Assembly (NCBI GenBank): GCA_905178155.1
Contig: CAJINV010000011.1
Span: forward strand, 1,015,982-1,079,981
Origin: Amoebophrya sp. A120
Lineage: Eukaryota > Protista > Dinoflagellata
Length of the DNA: 64,000 bases
Direction: 5' to 3'
The translations under genes were made by a program, and so were the position numbers. Position 1 is the first letter of the stretch. Each line of letters begins with the position of its first letter. The notes under the pieces are model-generated. The model worked only from the letters and a program-made list of their open reading frames with translations. It was not told where the DNA came from and made no database searches. Shown piece after piece: positions 51,801 to 62,000 of the stretch.

Positions 51801-54800
51801 TCTGCTTTTTGGATATCAAGTAAAAAAGCAGTTGCACAAATAGTCGCAGGACACACTAATCGCACTCGCACATCACCAGATAGCAGAAAACATATCAACA
51901 CCGGCAGTTCCCCGCGCCAACTCGCAGACCCAGCTGGACAAGATTCTTCACCACGGTGGGTTATCAAATGCAAAAATGTCTGGGTCTGGAGGAGTGGAAA
52001 CTTGTCATGCATATTTCCATGTCCCAGGAGGTTTGGCATGCAGGAGCTAGCATGACAGATTCTGCGAAGTCTCTATCAAGCCTATCCTGCATGACAAACT
52101 GCCACGAAACTTGTTCAAACGTGGACACCTTTTGGTAATCATGCAACACAAATTTTTGCACTATCCAGACTTAGCATGACAAGTTCCAACCTTCCAGACC
52201 CAGACATTTTTGCATTTGATACGGGTCGGTTCTGGACAACATTCACGAGGTGGTGAACGAAGTGAAGCTCATGGACAGCCAGAATCCGCATTCTCTAAGA
52301 GCCTTTGTCGCGAAGAAGAAGCTGCTGCTCTGGCTGTTCATGGAAGAACCGTTTCTCACCCCGGTTTCCACGGCTTACTCCCTCGGGATGATTGTGCTGG
52401 TCGTGTTTGGGTTTTACACTGCAGTGAAGCCACAGGTACTCATTTTTACGAGCATTCAGAACAACTGCTGCGATTTCTTGCAATGCTGTGAATGCTGCGA
52501 ATGTTGTGTTTGTGATGCATAAAAATAAAATTAAAAGCAATTATGACGACAAAAACTAGACCTACGAAGCCTTCACCGGTGAGTTCCACGATACCGCCTG
52601 GGTGGAGGAGAAGCTTTTTTGGTGGACGTTCGCAATTAACCTCATCTGCACGCTGGAGACCGCACTACGCTTCTCGGTCGCACCGGTGAAGATGAAGTTC
52701 ATAAACCAAGTTTCGAACCTGTTCGACATTCTGGCGGTGCTCCCCTTCTGGATCAACAATTGTTTCCGGCTAGACAAACACGTCTCCCCCGGCCTCCGTT
52801 ACATCTCCGTTTTCGGTGCGGTTTTCTGGTTGGTCAAGCTCTGCAGATATTTCCCAGGTTGGTACCTACTCCGCATGGCATTGCGGAACAGCATGGCGGC
52901 TTTGTTAATCCCGGTGTTTTTCCTGTTGATGATGGGTGTTGCGGGGGCGTCGCTCGTGTTGACGTTTGACTGGATTTCTGCCGTGAACGGCGGGATCCCC
53001 TTGCAGATCTCTTCCTGGATGAAGGCTTTTCACTACATCATGGTGGTCACCATCTCCATCGACGTATCACCAGTTTACGGGACCGCGGCGCAATCCGCCT
53101 TGGCGCAAGCGATCGCGGTGTTGTGGATGTATTTGGGTGTGATTTTCCTCTCCATGCCCATCGCAATCGTGGGAACGTGCTTCTCCCAGACCTGGTTCGA
53201 CCAGGACAGAATCGTGTTAGTGGAGAAGGTCCGATCGAGAATGCGGCAGCAGGGGTACACGACGGACGACTTGCGGGAGGTTTTTGACGAGGTGGATGAG
53301 GACGGGTCAGGCGAGATCGATTTCTACGAGTTCAAGCGCATGCTCGAAGCGTTCCACTTCTTCGCGCCGATCGGGAAAACGAGGAAACTCTTCAACCACT
53401 TCGATACTAATGGGACAGGCTCAATAAGTTATCAGGAGTTCGTCTGCGTCATTTTTCCCGAGATCACCGACATTGTCGACTGGGACACGCAACGGGTGGA
53501 TCGAGACGCTTTGGAGGTGATAGAGGAGGTGGAATCCGATTTGGAAGAAGACTCCTCCGCCCTGTACAGCAGTACCGGCAGTAGTGGTGCGGATGATGAG
53601 AGCTCGGAGTCGTTTCTGCAAAAACGATCTAGATCGCAGTCGTTGGACAAAAAGTCGGTGAACTTTTCGAAGACAAGTAGCGAAGACGAGGAGGAGGACG
53701 AGGATGGGCCGGCGCGGTTGAGCATCCCGGGGCTGATATCGAAGGGAAAATTGGTCGTGCACAATCCTCTAAAGGAAGAAAAGCCTGATGCTGGTCGTGA
53801 ACCGCCTGATAAAGACAATAAGAGTGCAACTACAGCTGCAACAGTAGGAGCTGCATCAGAACCACCTCCACCAGCAGATGACAGCACAGCCGGCGGGGGT
53901 GGCGAAAATGGTACAGATGATGCAAAAGCGGAACAAGGCGTGGTCACGCAACAAGACAACCCCACTCCCGACTTGAACGACAGTAGCATGTTGATCAACG
54001 TTCCAGATCATGACACCTCTTTCGCATCATCCGGGAAAAAAAATCAAGCCACGTCACAGAAACAAGCACCAGGCGGCACAAATCCACGCGAGGAAATCGG
54101 CGGTAGCTCTGGATCTTCAAAAAACTCAAAGGAAGAGCAGGCGGACAACCCAGCAGATCCGAATCCTGCGTCACCAATGGCAGCAGGAGCCAATGACGCC
54201 CCACCACCTCAGAAAAACGGCGAAGAAACTTCTACCCAAGTAGAAATGAAGCCAGAATCACCGCCTCCCGACGACCCCGTCCCGGAGCGCGTTGTCCCGC
54301 GCAGAAGGCAGCAGAGCAGTACCGCCCGTCCGAGGATTGGCACAGTGGAGTCCGTAGCATCACGAGCGTCGAGGCGGTCCACGCGGTCCGGGAGGCGAAG
54401 CAGGCGGGAGAGCAGTGGTCGGCGGTCGTCTAATCGCGACGAAAACGGCGGGAATTCCGCAGTAGAGAAGAACAGCTCCCTGGTTTCGGCGTTGAGCGTC
54501 GCGGCGTTAAATCTGGGGAAAGCGGCAATACGAAGAGGAAGCTCCATGGTATCGATTTTGGCTGTGAGAAGATGATGCTCTACCATGTTGCAACATTTTC
54601 ATCCACCTCGCAGAATTTTGATTTTTTAGTAGAGGTGTCGCACAGTAGAAGCACTCCTGCAAACCGCAATCGCACTACACAGGTTTCCCTCGGACCCAAC
54701 GACGAGGAACTGCTGGGTCAAAACATCGTGGTGGACAAGGGCGTAATGCGCCGGACCCGGTCTACCGACGGCTTTGCGGCGGGCTCGCTCACCGGCAGCT

Positions 54801-55486
54801 TGGGGCTTGCCTCCGGCGGAACCAGTCCGCCGCCACGGGGCGGCGCGCTGGCCGCCATGGCCTCTGGTGGTAGATACTAACTTTTTGCCGAAAAAATTAT
54901 CGGGAAGATGATCTTGATGGAAGACATGCAAGTGCCGATGTAGTATTTCTTCTAGTGAAGAACAAGCTCCTTGTTCGAAAACAAAAAATCGCACCCACCC
55001 CTGGAGGTTCCTCCATTACAACAGGTCCGATCCCACGCGGCAGACGTTCGGGTGGAGAGCAGCTACAATCAAGACCTTCTGGCGGCGCAGCAACGGCCAG
55101 TTCCACCAAATCTTCTGCCAGACCACTTGAACAAGCCGTCGACGGAAATATTAATCTCGTCCCTGTTGCTCGCACTCTTTCCGCCGGCGCCGCCAGGGTG
55201 TCTCCGGCCAGTGGCGCTGCCGGCATTTTCAGTTCCCTGTTTGGTCGGAGTTCTTCGAGGAAGACCGACGCAGCGAGGGGGGCCCCAGAGATCACGACAA
55301 GCGCTGCGATGGGGGGAGGTGGAGGTGGAATCGTGCCAACAACAAGCATATCGAATGTAAAAATGTCTGGGTCTGGAACATTCTGACGCTTGTCATGCAC
55401 GTTTTGCATGAGCCCTGATGTCTGTGATGCATGCCCTAGCATCACAGATTTTTTCAGACCTTCTTGATGCCTATTCCGCATGACAA
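45817..55486 (+). repeat. 9.67-kb near-identical duplication, copy 2
   Basis: Matches 36047-45716 at offset 9,770. Confidence 0.95.
47741..49848 (+). CDS. Choline/ethanolamine kinase (duplicate copy, probably the same locus)
   Basis: Same as 37971-40078. Confidence 0.75.
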
Positions 55487-57509
55487 ATGCCCTCTCCGCG
55501 CAGCAAAAATTACATTCCTTTTGGTACTCATGCAATACAGATTTTTCTGGAATCCAAATGTAGCATCACAAGTTGCATTCTTCCAGACCCATACACTTTT
55601 ACATTTGATAAAGCAAACTCGGCGTTCTTACCGGGAAAACCGCGTCGCCGGTAAGAGGGGCGTGGGTGATCTTGATCGGACTATACTTTTTTACTTTCAG
55701 CTCCTTCTTCTTCATCGTCTATGCCGCTGCAGCTCTTTTTGTGGCTCAGCTTGCACGCACGAAAGATGATGAGCTTTTTAACAAAAACAGGTCGAGGCCG
55801 CGCTCCGCCAGAGTTTTGGCGCCACACACCTTCTTCGCCAGTCGCATACAGCGACAGATAGCCGCAGAAGCCTGTTGCATAACCCGAACTCCGCCGTGGC
55901 GGCAGTCTCAGACGCCGATAGTGCGCTCCTGCGCACGAGCGTGACAGCCACTGGCGGAGGTCTTACTACAACCGGCGCAACTGCAGCACCAGGCGGTGGC
56001 CCCGTGAAGAAAACGCGGTCAAGGGGGATGAAGACAAAGGATCAGAACAAGCGTGGAGGTCGAGGAGGCCAGAACGGAACGGGATCATCTGGGGGAATAA
56101 TCAGCGGCAGTTTTGATCCTTTGAACAACAGCACGGGAACATCAACAGCTGCAAGCAGCGTGCCTAATTCGCTACCCCACAGCGTAGGTACACTATCGAG
56201 CCTGCAGCACCGGGAGCAGGCTGGAAACGGTACTCTCTTCGGCACTCACGTGGGCTCACGAGGGGGTCCGCCGGGTCCGGGTGGGTTTTGGCTCGCCGGC
56301 GGATTCGGAGGTGCAGTGGGCGGGAACAGCGGTGGAAATAATTCAAATATCGGAGGAAGTGGCGGGAGCAACAGTGGCAGTGCTGGGAACAGCAATGTTG
56401 ACCTTCCGACCGTTTTACAACGAGTCACCGCACGAGTGACCACACTGGAGCAGCAGCTGAACCAAATCGCTGATTTCCAAAAGCAGTGTCTGGCGGTGTT
56501 AAGCTCGACCAACTTGTCCTCCACCAGCTCGCCGTCTAATGCCGGAGGCAATGGTGGTACCGCGACAGCACCAAACGGTGCAGGAGCTGCTGCTGGTTCC
56601 ACAGCGTCCTCTTCCCAGACTTCCTCAGTCTCGAAAATGGCATCGTTGACCCTGGAAGCGCCACAGTCTTCGAATCAGCGCCGCGGCAGCAGCTCCAGTC
56701 GGCGCGGCAGTACGGCGAGTAGAAGGGGAAGTGCGGTCAGCAGGAGAGGGAGCACTGCGAGTAGGAGGGGGAGTGTGGAAAAGGAGATGAATCAGCAGCA
56801 TGGCGTCATACCAACTGCAAATGCAAATTCGACAGTCACCATACCGGGTTCTACTTCCCTGCCGTTGAAGAACCACAGACGCGGAAGTTTGGAGAAGATT
56901 GCCGGCGTTTTGAATTTGGACCGACTCGTCGCGTCCACCAGTTTGATGGGCACTTCTTCCCAAAACCACCGACGCGCATCCAGGACCAGTATCATCACCT
57001 CCTCGGAGTTCTACCGCGGGCTCGGAGCGTCCCAAACGCTGCCGGGCAGTGGGGGTGCGGGGACCGGAAGTGTGAATTTAAGGCGGTCGAGCAATTTGGG
57101 CGGCGCGCGGAGCAGCCTGATTGTTCCGGGAGGTCGAGGCTCGGTGTCTTTGGGTGGACCAGGGAGTAGTGGCGCAGCTGGTGGTCCTTCAGGGGCAGCG
57201 TTGGTAGAGATCGTGTCGCACGAAAGTGGCGGGGGTCAAAACAGTAGTACGTCCTCCTTTGGACTGGATATGAACAACGCAGCTGCTGCTGTAAAAAAGA
57301 AGCTGCAGATCAATACAGATCTGAATGTCGAGCGGGAATTCGTGCAAACACCTTCGGAAGATCTTCAAAACAGCAGCACGGGGGGAGGCGGTGGTACAAC
57401 TAGTAGTGGAGCAGGAGGGCCAACGACGAATCAAGATGCCGGTCCTCCTGGTCGTTCGCAACAACAAGAAACCACCAGCCAGGAACCGGAAGTGTATCCG
57501 GAGCAGTAG
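50706..57509 (+). CDS. 6-TM Kv-superfamily-like ion channel with two EF hands and long disordered tail, ~1,751 aa
   Basis: Exons 50706-50816, 51136-51694, 51908-51957, 52223-52435, 52560-54548, 54683-54869, 54956-55344, 55612-55650, 55791-57509 (5,256 nt, open). S2/S3 ETALRF...NLFDILAVLPFWI, S6 GVIFLSMPIAIVGTCF, EF hands DEDGSGEIDFYEF and DTNGTGSISYQEF. Confidence 0.8.
55349..55610. mobile_element. Introner, family A (262 bp)
   Basis: Family A TIRs; TSD AAGCA/AAGCA; restores TTSKLGVL. Confidence 0.93.
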
Positions 57510-58687
57510 GAATTGTGCAGATGAAGCAGGAGGTATAGGTAGAATCTCAATCTGATTTGTACATCTTTTGGATGGGGAGCATGGCTTTCCGTACACTCGA
57601 ATTAAGGTTTTCACAACGCAGTATACAAGTGAACAAGAACACAGTGACATCTTTCAGGCAGTTATTATTTGAAGTGACGAGTGATATATGATGTCTTGAA
57701 TCGGACCCAGAAGTAGATTTAATAGTATAAACACGGTTTTTTTTCTCGAACAAAGAATTTCTAGGCTAATACTCAAGCCATTTTCCTTTGTAATTTACAA
57801 AGCCGGGCGCGGGCACACGTCGCACAGGCGCAAAGTCTGCATCGTGTCCGCCCGTCGTCCTGCTAAGCTAGTAACGTCGTCAATACCCGTAGCAATTCGA
57901 AACCTAGCGATTTAAGTTCACTAGAAAAAAGGTCAGATATGAAAGGCAAGAACGCTCAAGAGGAAAAAGTCATCAGGCGCGACCAATAGCAATAAGTGAC
58001 AGTGCAGTTTGACTTTGACGAAGACGAAGCTGATCTAATATCAGGACGAACGAAAAGAAGAATGCCTGACGCACTTCCATCTTTTCCTGCACCAGCTTGG
58101 CGTACAGCAAGGCCGACTTTTGTTCTCACTTCTCATAGTATGACTCTAGTAGATACGGAGACGGACACCACTCTTGCAGCTGCCCTGATAAAAAAATTTC
58201 GATCAATCGGTCGTGCGCGCAGTGCAATGCTCTCATGAGTAGACTCTACTACATCTCAGTCTCACGACTCGTACGATGCCAATGCCCTTTGGTAAAATAT
58301 TTCGGTCGTATTCGTATTGAAACTCTCTCATACGTCGTTTTTCCTTTTCGTTCTTCTGCTTCTGTTGTCGTTCATTTGTTGAAAATAATCGTTCGTCTGC
58401 TTCCATTCAGTGCATTTTCAATCGGTGAAACCACTCGAATTTTTCTCAAAAAATACGAATTAAAACTCCGCATACCAAAACCAATCAAATTTCAGGCCCC
58501 CAGTCAGTCAGTACACGACCTATAATTGTAAATTTGTTTCTCTGCACCCGAAAGCGTTTCTGTCCCCAAAGTTGTATATCGTCGATCATATATTCATGTC
58601 CTCCCCCACCCGGCGAAGAAGTGTTACCCTCATTCAAACGATTCTCACAAGAACCACAAACTTAAACCGCAACCACAAACACCAAAA

Positions 58688-61085
58688 ATGTTCGCTTCCC
58701 TCCTATCATTCGGCCTGCAGGAGGAGGAGAAGGAGGCGGAGGAGCGCAAAAAGCAGGAACTCGCGAAGAAGCCCAAGCTCCGGGGGCGCGAGTGCCCCGG
58801 CGCCGAGCACATCGTGGCAAGAATGGAGGTGGAGCGGGAGGCGAGCTACGCCTACACCTTTCCCTGCCCGGAGAACGGCTACCAAGTGATGCGCAGGCCG
58901 CAGAGCCGGGCGAAAATTGCTGGCGTGAAACTGCCGAAAATTCGAGGTACACATGATTGATTCTAAGGAGGGCTTGTTTTTTCTTTTAGTGCGGCCAGAT
59001 TCTTTTCCACTCTGATACTGATTCATTGATTGTCCCCTTGCATGCAAAGGTGTCCTTCCTTCTTGAAAGAGTAAGAGAAAGAACAAGAAGCAGAAAAGAA
59101 TTAGTAATTCCATGATCCAAATGCAAATCCCATCCACTTCTACTTCAGGCGAGGACCAGACCACGCCTCTCCCTCCTCAAACCGTCGAGGAGCAGAAGTG
59201 TCCGGGCGCGGCGCACATCCGAAAGAAGATGGAGATGGAGAAAAAGGCAATAAACGCCCTGAAAACCCCCTGCCCGCAAAACAACTACAGCGTGTACATC
59301 GACGGCAATGCCATGCAGGCGAAATTGCGCGCCAAGGAGAAACTTCTGGCCAAGCAGATGAAGGAAAAAACCTCCTCCGGCCCCCGGCCGGCGCTGCGCA
59401 GTAAGCCCGAAGTGGTGTTCTCGGCGCAAATTGAGAAGAGCGTGCTGGAAAAGAGTCTGGCGGAAATGGAAACGGCAGTGAAGAAGCTGGAAGTGGAGAG
59501 CAATAAATCTGGAGAGGAAGAGGAAGAAGATGATCTAGATTTCGGGATGATTTCCAGCTACGGGGGCGTCCGGCGAAGCAAAGCGAGTGGAACTACTGGC
59601 ACAGCTCCTCATGTAGCCGGCAGCGGGCGCGTGGCGGCGAAAAGAGTTGCCGTGCGTGGGGCTGCAGCTTCGGCAGAGAGTGACAACGAGGGAAGTAATA
59701 TGGACGAAGATTTTGGCATGATCTCCAGCTATGGTGGGGTGCGGAGGAGCAAGGCCTCGGGTACCTCTAGCCCGAGGACTTCGAAATCAGCAGGCGGTAG
59801 GAGTAAGAAAAACACCACAAGACGAGTTGACATGCCGCCAGAAAGCGACGAGGACATCGATTTTGGGATGATCTCCAGCTACGGCGGAGTGCGGAGGAGC
59901 AAGGCTTCGGGTACTTCTAGCCCGAGGACTTCGAAACCAGCAGGTGGTAAGACAACTAAGAAAAACACCGCAAAACGAGTTGATATGCCGCCAGAAAGCG
60001 ACGAGGAGATCGATTTTGGGATGATCTCTAGCTACGGCGGAGTGCGGAGGAGCAAGGCCACGTCGGGTCGTACTTCCAGCCCGACTTCGAGCGCAGGACC
60101 ACCGCAAAGTAAGAAAAACACCGCAAGTAGACGAGTTGATGTGCCCCCAGAAAGCGACGAAGAAATCGATTTTGGGATGATCTCTAGCTACGGTGGCGTC
60201 AGACGCAGTAAAGCAACTGGAGTTCAGCATGCAAAGTCGCCGAGTAGTACTTCTGGGGCGGTGCAAGAGACGCCGAAGCAGGAGGAAGAGGACCTGGAAG
60301 ATTTTGGCATGATCTCAAGTTACGGGGGCGTCCGACGCAGCAAAGCGACGGCTAGCCCGACACATCAGCGACAAGCCAGTCCTGTACATGCGGTTTCTAC
60401 TTCAACAACTACAGCTGCAGCAACAGAGCAGGCTCCCGCTGCGAGCGAAGACGAGGATGAAATTGATGCCGGTATGATCTCGAGCTACGGTGGTGTCAGG
60501 CGAAGCAAGGCAACGGCACCAGGAACAAAGACAGGAGCGTCCACAAAAGTACGAGAAACAACTATCGTCCCAGCAGCTCAACAAGCCCCTCTCGAGTCCG
60601 ACGAAGAGGACATCGACTTTGGAATGATTTCCAGCTATGGCGGAGTCAGAAGGAGCAAAGCCAGCGCCGTCGGTACTTCCCCTACAACAGGTGCAGCCGA
60701 AGGTGGAACCGCAGTGGGGGCGGAAGACGGCTCAACTGCAGGGGAGAGCAAAGTAGCGGAGCACGTCGTGCCCGCTCCAGTTAGTGACGATGATGAAGGG
60801 GACGACTTGGACGCGGGCATGATCTCCAGTTACGGTGGTGTCAGGCGCAGTAAGACAACGGAACAGCCTGTTCTGCAAAAGTCCACGGCTCCTCCGACAG
60901 TAGTTTCAGCTGAAGACAAGGAGGCAGGTGGTCAACCTGCAGAACAAGTGGCAGCACAAAATGAAGCTAATGTCGAAACTACACAACAAGAAGTTCCAGT
61001 AGAAGAAGACGAAGAGGATCTGGATGCCGGTATGATTTCCAGCTACGCTGGGGTCAAACGGTCCAAGGCTGGTGCCACTGCTTAA
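58688..61085 (+). CDS. Repeat protein, 731 aa: 2 Cys/His modules plus 10 x D(F/A)GMISSYGGVRRSKA
   Basis: Exons 58688-58946 and 59149-61085 joined by a GT-AG intron; peptide repeat conserved with synonymous codon variation. Confidence 0.8.
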
Positions 61086-62000
61086 GCCTCGTAGGTACAA
61101 GAACTCGGGCGAACATTGCCTGCTTGGCGTGCAACGACACTCGCAAAACTACGAGCATTTCATGCACTTCCTATCAAGTGACGACCCATTTTCTTTTTGT
61201 TTATTATATGTTAGTTCCCCATTCATTGTGTTTCTATCTTCTAGATTTTATTTGCGATATCTGCTGCATTTTCGGTAGTAAACCAGCAAGTGCAAGGAAA
61301 GGTCCCCCCTTTCATCGAGACAACGACAAGGTTAAAGAAAGATTTCCATCCGAAAGAAGTTTTTAGATTGTCTTCTATCGATCAACGAACTACGTTGTCA
61401 GACAGTATGTGTTGCGTCTAGTCCCACCTCATAAAAATTTTGTACGGAATTTCAGATGGATACAGAGCATTGCTGCACACACCTGCGAGCTCGTCTTTCG
61501 TCCCTCTTGGCTTGTTGTGCAACTAAGTTTGAAAAATTGATGTTCAACTTCTTCAAACAAAAGCTGAGAAGATGATATGTGAGAGGAGAGATTTCCAAAC
61601 AAAGTCAAAGTAAAAATGAAAGTAGAACAAAGCGTACGTGATGAGAGTGCCAGAGAGAAGTCCAAAACCAAGAGTGGCCACAAGAGATGAGGGAACGGCG
61701 GCACGCAAAATTTTTGAAAAATGGTGAGACGGAGAGCAGAGGGAATTCAGTATCACAAAAGAAAATACGAATTTTTCTCAAAGTTGCCCGTTGGAAAAAA
61801 ACGCACCTGCTCTATTGCAAACCAGGATTTCCTGTCAAAATTGAAATTGTATTGTTGAATGCATGGAAATGATAAACTACACGAATTCAGCTCATTTTCA
61901 CGGTCGTAGACAATCGAGATGGTACTAGCTTTCCTTCGAGTAGCATGGCGGTGTTCATCGTCAAGGATTGAAGGCTGAAACTAGAAGTACAAGAATCAAG

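Noticed and set aside
36047-55486. Apparent tandem duplication of the choline kinase and channel genes
   Set aside because: Copies are essentially identical, abut a 100-N placeholder gap and break inside repeats. Unmerged contig overlap is the simplest explanation; read depth near half the genome average over both copies would confirm it.
57765-57900. Fragments resembling the dinoflagellate spliced leader (CCGTAGCAATT, GCCATTTT, CTCAAG)
   Set aside because: Pieces are short, mismatched and out of order; compatible with chance.
59530-61070. Regularly recurring ~45-bp repeats with variable spacers resembling a CRISPR array
   Set aside because: Repeats vary at third codon positions within one ORF, spacers are about 100-150 bp and partly homologous, and there are no cas genes: a protein repeat.
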